IMG/VR virus record: IMGVR_UViG_3300033412_000476
Coordinates: 1-64,000 of that record
Source of the DNA: a virus
Lineage: Duplodnaviria > Caudoviricetes
DNA length: 64,000 bases
Strand: one strand, 5' to 3'
This document shows positions 1 through 9,635 of the stretch, in pieces. Below the pieces are notes generated by a model. It was given only the letters and a program-made list of their open reading frames with translations, searched no databases and was not told the origin of the DNA. The translations under genes were made by a program, and so were the position numbers. Numbering within the stretch: position 1 is the stretch's first letter; every line of letters begins with the position of its first letter.

Positions 1-1
1 C

Positions 2-187
2 GCGAGGCAATCCATGGACACGCTCATCGCGCCGATCCTGCTGCGTAAGGCGGAGCTGATGCACGAGATCCTCGGCATTCGCCACGACATCTCGAGCGAC
101 ATTGGTCTGACCGAGCTCGCCGGCCGCAAGGGTGCAGACGCTTTGGTCGCGCAAGCTTTCGCAGCCTGGGACGGAAACATCACATGA
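2..187 (+). CDS. 3' end of a hypothetical protein entering from outside the window
   Basis: Open frame from base 2 (ARQSMDTLIAP...DGNIT*); its TGA overlaps the ATG at 184 (ATGA coupling). Confidence 0.5.
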   Translation, partial: ARQSMDTLIAPILLRKAELMHEILGIRHDISSDIGLTELAGRKGADALVAQAFAAWDGNIT

Positions 188-1866
188 CCATCGACGGCCT
201 GAACGAACGCGACATCGTCAAGATCCAAAAGGCGTTTGGGCCTGGCGCGCTCGGACTCGTCAAAGAGAATCCCTACATCCTCTCGCGGCTGTTTCCGCTC
301 AAGACCGTCGACGCGGTCGCAAGCAAGCTCGGTGTATTCAAGGTTGGCAACGTACACCGCGGCGTCGCCATTGCAGAGTACATGCTCGATCGCGCGATGC
401 TGGACGGGCACTGCTACGTGCACACGCACACGCTCGTCAGCCAGGCTAAAACTGATTGCAAGCTCAAGGAGTTCGACAAGGACGATCTGAGTTTGCACGG
501 CACTATCGTCGTCGACGGCGTACACGCAATGCTGCGCACGATCTACGAGGCGGAGAGCTTCGTAGCGAACCAGCTCCAAGCGCTGCTCGAGCTGCCGGAG
601 CTACCGGCCAAGTACACGCACGTTCAAGTCGACGGCGACATCGTGCTCGATGAACAGCAGAAGCTCGCAGTCGAACGCTGCTTGCAGGCGCGTGTGCTAG
701 TGGTCACCGGGCCGCCAGGTTCCGGCAAGACAACGATCACGGAGCATGTGCTCGAGGAGTTCGATGCGCAGCATGTGCATTACGCGCTCTGTGCGCCGAC
801 GGGCAAGGCTGCTAAGCGCTTCGCAGAGGTCACGGGGCGACCAGCAACGACGATTCACAGGCTACTGAAGTGGCAGTTCGATCCCGAGAGCGCCGGGGGC
901 TTCAGCTTCTACTACGGCGTACAGAACCCGTTGCCGCTCGATGTCGTGCTTGTCGACGAGTCGTCGATGATCGACATCCGGCTTGCTGCGGACATCCTTG
1001 CAGCGATCGATCCTGCGCGAACCCGAATCATCTTCATCGGCGACGCAGACCAGCTTCAACCGGTAGGGCCGGGATCGTTCTTTGGCGACATGATCGCCAG
1101 TGGCGTTGTTCCGACGGTTCGTCTGCAGACCGTCCACCGCGCGGCTGAAGCGAGCTGGATCTACCGCAACGCGCCCAAGATCCTCACTGGCAAGGACGTT
1201 GAGCTTGACACGGAAGTTGAAGACTTCATGTGGTACGAGCTCGCGACCACGCAAGCGCACGGCATCGGTGAGATCGCGGTGCAGGTGATCCGCAGGCTGC
1301 TCGAGGCCGGCCACACCTGGGATGAGTTTCAACTGATCACGCCGATGCGGATCAAAGAGGGTGGCGCGAATGCGCTCAACCTGCAGATTCGAGCAGAGCT
1401 GCTCGACGCCAAGGGCCTGACCGCCGAGATCGGCGCGTACGAAGACGCCGTCAAGGTCTGCCGCGGCGATCGCGTGATTCAAACCAAGAACAACTATCAG
1501 CTCGAGGTCTACAACGGGGAATGCGGCGAGGTCGCCATCGTAGAGACGCCATCGCGCGTTCGCGTCCGCTTCGACAACGAGTATCGCGACTACAAGGGCG
1601 TGACCGATTTACGCAATCTCGCGCTGTCGTACGCGCTTACCGTACACAAAGTGCAAGGGTCAGAGTGGCCAATCGTAATCGTTGTGTGTCACTCCGTCCA
1701 CGGGCGCATGCTCAACCGAAAACTGTTTTACACCGCGGTCACGCGAGCGCGGAAACAGGTGATCGTCATCGGCGACGAGCGTGGCGTCAAACAAGCGATC
1801 TCCAATACGCAGTACGTCACGCGCCGGACGCAGCTCATCCCGCGGCTGAAAGGCATGCTGCAGTGA
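184..1866 (+). CDS. recD2: RecD2-like SF1B helicase
   Basis: N-terminal ENPY.L HhH-type region, Walker A GPPGSGKTT, VLVDESSM, GDADQLQPVG, LSYALTVHKVQGSE, FYTAVTRAR. Confidence 0.9.
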   Translation: MTIDGLNERDIVKIQKAFGPGALGLVKENPYILSRLFPLKTVDAVASKLGVFKVGNVHRGVAIAEYMLDRAMLDGHCYVHTHTLVSQAKTDCKLKEFDKDDLSLHGTIVVDGVHAMLRTIYEAESFVANQLQALLELPELPAKYTHVQVDGDIVLDEQQKLAVERCLQARVLVVTGPPGSGKTTITEHVLEEFDAQHVHYALCAPTGKAAKRFAEVTGRPATTIHRLLKWQFDPESAGGFSFYYGVQNPLPLDVVLVDESSMIDIRLAADILAAIDPARTRIIFIGDADQLQPVGPGSFFGDMIASGVVPTVRLQTVHRAAEASWIYRNAPKILTGKDVELDTEVEDFMWYELATTQAHGIGEIAVQVIRRLLEAGHTWDEFQLITPMRIKEGGANALNLQIRAELLDAKGLTAEIGAYEDAVKVCRGDRVIQTKNNYQLEVYNGECGEVAIVETPSRVRVRFDNEYRDYKGVTDLRNLALSYALTVHKVQGSEWPIVIVVCHSVHGRMLNRKLFYTAVTRARKQVIVIGDERGVKQAISNTQYVTRRTQLIPRLKGMLQ

Positions 1867-2882
1867 GCCGGCTGGTTCTCAAGGTCAAGAATGCAAAGGG
1901 CACGCCACGCCGGCTGCCCTTGCATGAGGCGCTTGGCATGAAGCCCGGCAGCGCGTCACCTCGGGGATCGACTTACTACAAGACGTTTCAGCACTGTCCG
2001 CGAGAGTTCTTCATTCGGTACGTCCTTCAGTGGATCCCGCTCTTGCCGTCAGACGCGCTCACGATCGGTCTGCTCTGGCATCTGTGCCTCGAGCTCTACT
2101 ACCGCGCGATGCAGCGCCATCAGCACAAGACGCCTGTGCAGCCGACCAATCCGGCGTGGCTATGGGGCGGGTGCAACGAGGGCGCAGCGGAAGCGTACGC
2201 GCTGCTCGACAGACTGACTGAAGTCGAAGGTTACGCGGAGATCGCCGGCTTTGTTCGGATCATGCTCAACCACTACTTCGAGGCGTTCGATCGCGTCGAC
2301 AAGATCCGCATCTTGGCGGTCGAAGAGACGCTCGAGTACTGGTCAGACGACCCGTACACCTGTCGCGCGGACTTGATCGTCGAGGACTACGAACGCGGCG
2401 GGATGTTCTTCTGGGAGCACAAGTCCGCGGCCGCGCTCACGGAAGATTTGCTCGCAGCCTACGACATGGATTTGCAGATCCTCGGCGAATGGTGGCTCAT
2501 CGCGACGGTCGTCGACAAGGACGCGTACCCGCCGCTGCGTGGCGTGGTCGTCAACATCATGACCAAGCCGCGCTCGCTCGATCCCAAGACGTCGCTCAAG
2601 GCGCACCGGCACTTGGTCAACCCATCGCCCGGCCACGTGCAGGCGTTCGAGCACACGATCGGTACGCGCAACATCATGCTCGAGGCTGCCGAGCGTGCGG
2701 GTTGGCCGAAGTACCTCGGCAACTGTGCGGGCGCTGCACGCGGCTACAGCAAGTGCCCCTGCTACGACCTCTGCCAACAGCACCCAACGTTCACGGCGGA
2801 GCAGCTCAAACGCGCCGACGTTCGTAAGTTCGCCGGCTACACACTTGCCGCGGAGGCGCACGACGATGACGCAGACAGTTGA
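1863..2882 (+). CDS. PD-(D/E)XK exonuclease, Cas4/RecB-like, probable Fe-S cluster
   Basis: GTG overlapping recD2 stop; TFQHCPREF, ADLIVED...WEHKSA, C-terminal C..CPCYDLC. Confidence 0.8.
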   Translation: MSRLVLKVKNAKGTPRRLPLHEALGMKPGSASPRGSTYYKTFQHCPREFFIRYVLQWIPLLPSDALTIGLLWHLCLELYYRAMQRHQHKTPVQPTNPAWLWGGCNEGAAEAYALLDRLTEVEGYAEIAGFVRIMLNHYFEAFDRVDKIRILAVEETLEYWSDDPYTCRADLIVEDYERGGMFFWEHKSAAALTEDLLAAYDMDLQILGEWWLIATVVDKDAYPPLRGVVVNIMTKPRSLDPKTSLKAHRHLVNPSPGHVQAFEHTIGTRNIMLEAAERAGWPKYLGNCAGAARGYSKCPCYDLCQQHPTFTAEQLKRADVRKFAGYTLAAEAHDDDADS

Positions 2883-3615
2883 AGATCTCCTCGGGTGCAG
2901 CAACGCACTTGATCTCGTTACGACCTGGTCGCACTGGTTTTTCTACGGTGCGACCGGCACGGGGAAGACGCGGATGGCTTCAACTTTTCCGCGGCCGATC
3001 TTCCTGGTGCCGCAGAATGAGAAGTCGATCACGACGCTGCGGCAGCAGAACATCCTCTACTACGAGATCGTCGACATGAAGGCGAGTAAGCTCAACCCCA
3101 AGACAGGCCGCGGGTCGATGGAGTCGGTGATCGATCGTCTCGAGAAGGTCTACTTCAGCAGCCCTGACAACTGTCCGTTCGATACCATCGTCTGCGAGTC
3201 AATCTCACACTTCACAGACCTCGCGGTCGAAGAGCTGACGGACGGCGCGCAGAAGCAGATGAACCAACAGCAGTGGGGCGTCTTGGCTTCACACCTGCGC
3301 AACATCCAAACGCGCTTGCGCGCGATGGACGTCAACGCAGTCTTCACCGCGCTCGACACGACTGAGCAGAGTGAAGATGGCAAGGTCGTGCTCGGCCGGC
3401 CGCTCATCCCGGGTCAAGCCGCGCAGAAGCTTCCGAGCGCGTGCGACGTGATCGGCCATTGTGAGGTTCTCACTGGCGGCAAGGGCGGCAACATCTATCG
3501 CGTGCACTTCCGAGACCACAAGTGGTTTCCCGCGCGATCGCGCTTCCCAGGCTTACCCGACAAGGTCGACAACTTCGAGTACGCCAAAATCCAACATTTG
3601 CTCGCAGCAACGTGA
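2866..3615 (+). CDS. AAA_24/Sak4-like ATPase (ssDNA annealing)
   Basis: GGAGG RBS before ATG 2866; FYGATGTGKT, TIVCESIS, QQQWG..; lies between exonuclease and SSB. Confidence 0.72.
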   Translation: MTQTVEDLLGCSNALDLVTTWSHWFFYGATGTGKTRMASTFPRPIFLVPQNEKSITTLRQQNILYYEIVDMKASKLNPKTGRGSMESVIDRLEKVYFSSPDNCPFDTIVCESISHFTDLAVEELTDGAQKQMNQQQWGVLASHLRNIQTRLRAMDVNAVFTALDTTEQSEDGKVVLGRPLIPGQAAQKLPSACDVIGHCEVLTGGKGGNIYRVHFRDHKWFPARSRFPGLPDKVDNFEYAKIQHLLAAT

Positions 3616-3643
3616 ACGAAGTGACTAACCAAGGAGCCAGCAC

Positions 3644-4210
3644 ATGAGTCGTTTGAAGGTAACCGCATCGCAGTCCCGCGCCGACTTCCAGCCGCTGCCG
3701 AAGGGCACGTACGATCTCGACATCGTCAGCGTCGAAGAAGCCACCACGAGCAACAACAATCCGCAGCTGCGGATGAAGATGAGCGTGATGGACGGCGAGT
3801 ATGCCGGCAAGAACGTCATGCACTTCATGACGATCACGGACAAGACCGGCGGCTTCGTCAAGGAGATGATCGACGCTACGGGCATCGACGCCGAGATCGT
3901 CGAGCTCGATGAGGTCAACCCCGAGGACGGTAAGCCGTTCCTCTCGATCGACTTCGATCCCGAGGACTTCGTGGGCAAGCAGGTCCGTGCGGATGCCACC
4001 GTGCGTGAGTACGAAGGCAAGGAGAACAACCGCTTCAACAACTTCCGCCCGATCGAGGCGCAGGAAGTTGCAGCGCCATCGAACGCGAAGAACGCGCAGC
4101 CCACTAGCAAGGCCGCCGCTCCGGCGCAGGGTCGTGCGGCCGCGCAGCCTGCCAGCAACCAGCGTGCGGCTTCTCCTGGCAACCAGACGCGCCGCTCGCG
4201 CTCGGTGTAA
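3644..4210 (+). CDS. DUF669-family ssDNA-binding protein
   Basis: FQPLPKGTYDLDIVSVE...TSNNNPQL..GEYAGK...YEGKENNRF OB-type pattern with Ala-rich tail; AAGGAG RBS. Confidence 0.72.
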   Translation: MSRLKVTASQSRADFQPLPKGTYDLDIVSVEEATTSNNNPQLRMKMSVMDGEYAGKNVMHFMTITDKTGGFVKEMIDATGIDAEIVELDEVNPEDGKPFLSIDFDPEDFVGKQVRADATVREYEGKENNRFNNFRPIEAQEVAAPSNAKNAQPTSKAAAPAQGRAAAQPASNQRAASPGNQTRRSRSV

Positions 4211-4217
4211 TCGAGCC

Positions 4218-4721
4218 ATGAGCGACGCCGACAGCAACGGCTCGCAGCCGCCGCAGCTCAGTGCGGAAGAGCTCGAGCGCTTGCGCGTGGCCCTGATCCA
4301 TCAGGTGGCTCAGCAAACGCAGCAAGTGCTCGGGCTCGTCGGCTTCATCGTCGACGAGCGGGCGGTGCTCGCCGCGGCTGCGGAAGAGTTCAACTCACAG
4401 GACGAGCTGCTGAGCAAGGTCATGCCTACGTTTCACGGTGGCGACCGGAACAAGCATCCTCTGTTCGCTGCGATCTTGGGCAAGCAGCAGCAAGCGCTCG
4501 TCCTGACGCCAGGACAGCGACCGGAGCCGCCGATGCAAGTTGTAGGTCCGAAGAAGCTCGATCCGCGCAACCTAACGCAAGAGATCGTAGGCACGCTGCT
4601 CGCAATCATGCTGATGATGAACCCCGCGCTTCGTGCTGCGTACAAGCTGCTCGGCGTGCGTGTCGTCTTTCAGCAGATGAGCGTCAAACCCGCGCCGGTA
4701 CCACCGAGGATCGTATTGTGA
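4218..4721 (+). CDS. hypothetical protein
   Basis: ATG 4218 after the SSB stop; stop overlaps next GTG. Confidence 0.6.
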   Translation: MSDADSNGSQPPQLSAEELERLRVALIHQVAQQTQQVLGLVGFIVDERAVLAAAAEEFNSQDELLSKVMPTFHGGDRNKHPLFAAILGKQQQALVLTPGQRPEPPMQVVGPKKLDPRNLTQEIVGTLLAIMLMMNPALRAAYKLLGVRVVFQQMSVKPAPVPPRIVL

Positions 4722-5143
4722 AAAGAGTCGTCATTGAATCACCGCTCAAGGGCGATCGCGAGCTCAACAAGCTCTACGCACGCGTGTGCGCGCTGCACTG
4801 TCTCATCCGAGACGAGTCGCCGTACGCATCGCATCTGTTCTTCGATCATGCCGATCTGCTCGATGACGCCGTCGGTGCAGAACGCCAACTCGGCATCAAG
4901 GCCGGCTTCAGTTGGGGCGAGGCAGCACGCGTTCGCGCGTTCTACCTCGACCTCGGTGAATCCGAGGGAATGAAGCTTGGTCGGCTCGAAGCTGCGCGGC
5001 TGATGCAAGACGTCGATGATCGCCGACTCTTCCGGAACATGCAGCTCTCCGCGATCGCACGCGACACGCAGATCGAGGTGCTGCACAGCCTGCGGCACGA
5101 CTATCGAAAACTGATTTTGGAGCGCGCGAGCCATCAAGTATGA
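4718..5143 (+). CDS. conserved phage protein, nucleoside deoxyribosyltransferase-like fold suspected
   Basis: VVIESPLKGD..N..YAR.C...ESPYASHL...LDD...GI.AG..W...Y.D.G.S.GM pattern. Confidence 0.55.
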   Translation: MKRVVIESPLKGDRELNKLYARVCALHCLIRDESPYASHLFFDHADLLDDAVGAERQLGIKAGFSWGEAARVRAFYLDLGESEGMKLGRLEAARLMQDVDDRRLFRNMQLSAIARDTQIEVLHSLRHDYRKLILERASHQV

Positions 5144-8109
5144 ACAAGCCGCTCAAGCTGCCGGTCTTCGACTCACGCTACGCGAACTGCGAAAGCTGTG
5201 AGCTGCTGCCGCAGCTTGAGCGGCGCCACTTCTGTTGCGCCTATCGCCCTGAGAAGTTCAATGGCGTCATGATCGTGGGCGAGGGCCCGGGGCAGCAGGA
5301 GGTCAGCAAGGGTCGGCCGTTCGTCGGCATCTCGGGGCAGCTGCTGCGCCTGCTGTTCGACGACGTCGGCATCAACATCGACGAGTGCTACATCACCAAC
5401 GCGACGCTGTGTAAGCCGCCGCCCAAGGACAAGGCGCTACACGAAGAGTTTCCGCGTGCGATCCCGTCGTGCATTGGGCGGCTCGAAAAAGAGATTGAGG
5501 CCGTGCGGCCGAAGATCATCGTCACGCTCGGCGCGGCTGCATGGATTGCGATCAGTGGCTACGACGTTCAGAAGACGAAAACCGTACCGTTCGACTGTGA
5601 TAACTGTGATCCGCTCACGCGCAAAGTCGGGCCGGTGCTGCAGTGCGCCTCCGCGGTCGTAAATCCCGAGGACGAATCGACGTCGATCCCGTGCGGGTAC
5701 ACGCACTTCTTCCGGGCGAACAACGTCGCAGGCATCGACGCTGAGGAGCTGCTGCAGCTCAAAGCGCTGCCGTGTCCGAAGTGCGGCGCGACGTTCAAGC
5801 GTTTGCGGCCCAAGATGATCAAGTGCCCCAAGTGTGGCGGTCGTAAGCGCCGTAATGAGGAGTACACAGTTTTCGATTGGGAGTACAACGTCACTGCGGC
5901 AGCAGGTGCGATCTTTGTACCCGGCAAAGAGGACGAGCCGCGGCAGGAGTATGAGCTTGACCCCTGGCTCGCTGCGCAGGGCGTGCAATACGTACTGCCG
6001 ACGTACCACCCGGCGTTTCTGCTGCGCGGCCAGCAGTTCTACGCCAAGACCGTCCAGAAGCATCTGAAGAAGATCCCGCGGTTGCTCGGCGGCGGCAAGG
6101 TCGAGAAGGTGCAGTACACTGGCACAAGCGACCCCGCGGTCGTTCGCAACTTCGTGTACGCGTGGCTCAAGGAGAACGTAGAGCCGCCGCACTTCAGCAA
6201 CGATATCGAGACCGAAGCCTTCGACGCGGACGGCAAACCGACCGACGCGCGCGAGATCCGCAACGTCACCAAGATCAAGTGCATCGGGATCTCGACGCTG
6301 ACGCACACGCTCGTCGTCGACACGCGTAACTGCAATCCGAGCAACCCAGACGACAAGCTGCTCGAGGTGCTCTACCAGTACCTCACCGACGATCGGATCC
6401 CCAAGAGCTTCCATCACGGGTTCGGCTATGACTTGCCCGTTCTCGAGCTGGTGTGGGGCATTCCATGCTCGGAGACCGCGAACAGCTGCGTCGACGACAC
6501 GATGTGCGCGCACATCAACTTGTACCCAGACGAGCCCCACCGCTTGGAGCACGTCACGTTCGAGGTCGCCGACGTGCACGCGTGGAAGCCGCCGCGAACG
6601 CAGAACGGCGCGCAGGTGCACGCGAGCTATGAAGAGCTCGAGCTCTACAACGCGCGCGACACGTGGCACACGCGCCTGGCGATTGAGCACTTCGGCGTCA
6701 ACCGCGGTCAAGCAATCCCCGGCGGGCGCATGGACCGCGCGGGCCTCTCGAAGGTCTACGAAGTCGATTCGCAGCTCCGCAAGATCGCGCTCGGCATGAC
6801 CATGGCCGGCGTTCCGCTCAACTATCGGAAGTTCCGCGAGGTCGGCGAACACTCGCGTAAGCTCATCGCTGCCGCCGAAGCGTCGATCCGCTCGGCATTG
6901 AAAGAAGCTGATCACCCTGCGCCCAACGATCTGAACTTCAACAGCGCGCCCCAGCTCATCTCGCTGCTCTTCGGTCGCGACTCGTTCTTCCAGCTCGCCG
7001 CGGTAGACACGACGGCCAAGGGTCAACCCGAGACCTCGCGCGTTGCGTTGCAGAAGCTCCTCTCGACGACGGAGAACACGCAGGCGCTGAAGGTCCTCAA
7101 TGGCCTCATCGAGCTGCGCAAACAGAAGTATGTCGCGAGCAACTTCGTGTTCGCGCCCGCGATGCAGCCGTGGAAAGACGGCCGCGTCCACTTCATCTGG
7201 CAGTCGTGGGGCGCACGTACCGGGCGCTTCACCAGCTCGCCCAACGGCCAGAACGTACCTATTTGGCTTCGCGATGCGTTCGAAGCGCCAGAGGGCCGGT
7301 GCATCGTTGGCGCAGACGCTGACCAGCTCGAGCTGCGCATGATCGCGTGGCTGTCGGGCGATGAAGAGCTGATCAAGCGCGTGCTCGGCGCCAACGAGAA
7401 ACGCAAGCTCGAACCGGAATACGACCCGCACAGCTTCGTTGGAAGCATCGCCTTCCCGAACTACACCGCGCTGTCGCTGAGCGACCCAAATCACGTCAAG
7501 CCGACGCAGGACGGCGGCATCAAACGCTGCATGTGCGAGACCTGCCGGCGCAAAACGCTGCGCGACATCATCAAGCGCGTCATCTACGGCCTGAACTACG
7601 GCGCGGGTGAGTACACCGTGCTCGAGGCCATCTACAACGGCGGCTACGAGGGGCCGCCGATCACGATCCCGATGATCTCGCACGTGAAGAAAACTGTTTT
7701 CACGCTCTTCAAGGGCATCCCGCTTTGGCGTGACGAGCAGGTCAAGCTCGCGCGAGAAAACGGCGCGCTCTTCTCTCCCATCATGAAGCGTCGTCGCATC
7801 TTCCCGCTCGCGGGCTTCCCTGGCGTCGAGATCCCTATCACCGAGATCTTCAACTACCCCATCCAGTCGGGCGGCGCAGACTACATGAACGAGGCGTTCA
7901 TCTTGTTCTGCAACGAGCTGCCTTCGGTCGACCCCACCGCGTTTCCCATCGCGCAGATCCACGACGCCGGTTACGCCGAGGCGTCGGAGGATCGTGGCGA
8001 GGACGTCAAGAAACTGCTCGTAGAGTGCATGACCGTCGTGAAGGAGCGCCACGGCATCACGATGCGCTTCTCTGCATCCGGCAAGGTCGGCAAGACGATG
8101 GTAGCGTGA
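5140..8109 (+). CDS. polA: Family-4 uracil-DNA glycosylase fused to 3'-5' exonuclease and family A DNA polymerase (SPO1-type architecture)
   Basis: UDG: GEGPGQQE..GRPFVG, ITNATLCKPP, TYHPAFLLR. Exo: DIETE, YDL, YNARD. Pol motifs A DADQLELR, B RDIIKRVIYGLNYG, C QIHDA. Confidence 0.92.
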   Translation: MNKPLKLPVFDSRYANCESCELLPQLERRHFCCAYRPEKFNGVMIVGEGPGQQEVSKGRPFVGISGQLLRLLFDDVGINIDECYITNATLCKPPPKDKALHEEFPRAIPSCIGRLEKEIEAVRPKIIVTLGAAAWIAISGYDVQKTKTVPFDCDNCDPLTRKVGPVLQCASAVVNPEDESTSIPCGYTHFFRANNVAGIDAEELLQLKALPCPKCGATFKRLRPKMIKCPKCGGRKRRNEEYTVFDWEYNVTAAAGAIFVPGKEDEPRQEYELDPWLAAQGVQYVLPTYHPAFLLRGQQFYAKTVQKHLKKIPRLLGGGKVEKVQYTGTSDPAVVRNFVYAWLKENVEPPHFSNDIETEAFDADGKPTDAREIRNVTKIKCIGISTLTHTLVVDTRNCNPSNPDDKLLEVLYQYLTDDRIPKSFHHGFGYDLPVLELVWGIPCSETANSCVDDTMCAHINLYPDEPHRLEHVTFEVADVHAWKPPRTQNGAQVHASYEELELYNARDTWHTRLAIEHFGVNRGQAIPGGRMDRAGLSKVYEVDSQLRKIALGMTMAGVPLNYRKFREVGEHSRKLIAAAEASIRSALKEADHPAPNDLNFNSAPQLISLLFGRDSFFQLAAVDTTAKGQPETSRVALQKLLSTTENTQALKVLNGLIELRKQKYVASNFVFAPAMQPWKDGRVHFIWQSWGARTGRFTSSPNGQNVPIWLRDAFEAPEGRCIVGADADQLELRMIAWLSGDEELIKRVLGANEKRKLEPEYDPHSFVGSIAFPNYTALSLSDPNHVKPTQDGGIKRCMCETCRRKTLRDIIKRVIYGLNYGAGEYTVLEAIYNGGYEGPPITIPMISHVKKTVFTLFKGIPLWRDEQVKLARENGALFSPIMKRRRIFPLAGFPGVEIPITEIFNYPIQSGGADYMNEAFILFCNELPSVDPTAFPIAQIHDAGYAEASEDRGEDVKKLLVECMTVVKERHGITMRFSASGKVGKTMVA

Positions 8110-9269
8110 TGTCACTGGCGACTGAGCCTGTCGAGCTGCTCCGCTGGCACGTAGACTCCTGCGACGACTGCCCGTTCGCACATGCGGCGTCGATCGATCG
8201 CCGCGGGGTTGAGCACGCCTGCATCGCGCATCGCCCTGCCCGCGGTCTCGGTCGGCACCGGCCAAACTACGTGCCGACGTGGTGTCCGCTGCACACAGCG
8301 GACATCGCCGTCATCCGCGGCGATCGCAAGGGTGTGACTGCGCTTGCAAAGTTGCGCGCTGCTGCCGATGCGCCAGCAGCGATCATCCCTACAGCTGAAC
8401 CCAAGAAAGAGCCCAAGATGAAAGCGACACTTGTAGATGAACCGACGATCTTCGTTCTCGGTGAAACGCAGCTCGACGATCGTGGCCTTGTCGAACTCGT
8501 CGACTGGCTGAAAGAGTTCGCGCCGGAGTGCCTCGATCCTGAGGACGGATCAGCCTTCAATCGCATCTATCCGCACGTAGCTTTCGAGGGCGATCGCGCG
8601 CTCTCGGGCGGTGAGCTGCTCGTCGAGCTCGCTGGCCGCAAATGCTACAACAGTTTTGGCCGTAAGGCTGGTCGCAAGAGCAACGCGGAGTACATCGCCA
8701 ACTTGTTTGGCGAACCAGGCAAGATCCCTCACGCGAGCGTGCTCTATCACGCGAAGATGACGTTCTTCTTCGGCGGCGTGGGCCGCAGGCTCAGCCACGA
8801 GCTCATCCGCCACTACGTTGGCGCTGACCGGAGTGAAGAAGGCTCACCGAGTCAGGAGAGCACGCGCTTCACGCACCACAGCGGGCACTTCTCGGTGCAC
8901 CCGCGCGACGCGGACGACGTCGAAGCGCGCACGCGGTTTCACCAGGACATGAACACTGCATACGAGAACTATCTCGCGTACATCGATCGCGAAGTCACGC
9001 GCTACCGAGAGGCAAACGGCAAAGATCCGGTGGGTATGGACCGCAAGCGCATCTACGAAGCTGCGGCACAGCGGCTGCCAGGGGCGGCCTGCACGAGCTT
9101 CGTGTGGACCACCAACCCCATGGCCTTGGCCAAGCTCTTCGCCGAGCGCTGCGACTACGCAGCAGACCTCGAGATGCAGCGGTTCGCGATCAAGCTGCGA
9201 ACGCTCTGCTACGCCCGCTGGCCCAACCTGTTTGCTGCCGCCAACCCTGCGTGCACCGGTGCCAAATGA
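8109..9269 (+). CDS. thyX: FAD-dependent thymidylate synthase ThyX with Cys-rich N-terminal extension (core may start at 8418)
   Basis: ELAGRKCYNSF, HASVLYH..MTF, LSHELIRH, SQESTRF, ADLEMQ. Confidence 0.82.
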   Translation: MSLATEPVELLRWHVDSCDDCPFAHAASIDRRGVEHACIAHRPARGLGRHRPNYVPTWCPLHTADIAVIRGDRKGVTALAKLRAAADAPAAIIPTAEPKKEPKMKATLVDEPTIFVLGETQLDDRGLVELVDWLKEFAPECLDPEDGSAFNRIYPHVAFEGDRALSGGELLVELAGRKCYNSFGRKAGRKSNAEYIANLFGEPGKIPHASVLYHAKMTFFFGGVGRRLSHELIRHYVGADRSEEGSPSQESTRFTHHSGHFSVHPRDADDVEARTRFHQDMNTAYENYLAYIDREVTRYREANGKDPVGMDRKRIYEAAAQRLPGAACTSFVWTTNPMALAKLFAERCDYAADLEMQRFAIKLRTLCYARWPNLFAAANPACTGAK

Positions 9270-9595
9270 CGCGTCGACTTCACGAGATCGACGAAGTCAA
9301 CCGCGCGATCGAGATCGACGTTGAAATCGGCAATGCGAAGTACACCGTGCGGACTGCAGAAGCCAAGCTGCTGCTCTGCGAGCTGAAGTTCCAAGAGGGC
9401 TCGCTCAAGGACGCCGGCATCAACGGCGTAACCAACGAGGTGCTACTCGCGATCGTGATCGATCGGCTGCAGTGGTTTCAGCTTGGTATCAACTGGCGTT
9501 GCCGGCAGAACGCGATCGCGATTACCAAGCTCGAAGAAGCACTTCACTGGCTGCGCGATCGCGCCGATGAGCAAGAGCCGCCGCCGAAACGGTGA
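9266..9595 (+). CDS. tad1: Tad1-family anti-defence (Thoeris/CBASS signal sponge) homologue
   Basis: KFQEGSLKDAGINGVTNEVLLAIVIDRLQWFQ...CRQNAIAITKLEEALHWL matches the Tad1 core as recalled; ATG overlaps thyX stop. Confidence 0.8.
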   Translation: MTRRLHEIDEVNRAIEIDVEIGNAKYTVRTAEAKLLLCELKFQEGSLKDAGINGVTNEVLLAIVIDRLQWFQLGINWRCRQNAIAITKLEEALHWLRDRADEQEPPPKR

Positions 9596-9621
9596 ATAGG
9601 CGCGCGCGTGCTACCGTCAAG
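9593..9621 (+). promoter_or_regulatory. Degenerate copy of the ECF-like promoter, upstream of the lipoprotein/RHH/sigma genes
   Basis: TGAATA-N16-CGTCAAG; the TGA is the tad1 stop codon. Confidence 0.5.
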
Positions 9622-9635
9622 CCGGGGGAGGAGTC

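Noticed and set aside
1863-2882. Cas4-like nuclease as evidence of a CRISPR system
   Set aside because: No cas1/cas2 or repeat-spacer array; the context (Sak4-like ATPase, SSB) is a phage recombination module
5570-5990. Intein in the PolA insertion
   Set aside because: No N-terminal Cys/Ser block with C-terminal HN, and no LAGLIDADG motifs; it is a zinc-ribbon insert
5437-8265. 942-aa antisense ORF, and similar long shadow ORFs (28817-30454, 20168-21373, 51995-53101, 55173-56363)
   Set aside because: Opposite-strand or alternate-frame shadows of well-supported genes in GC-rich DNA; no motifs or RBS
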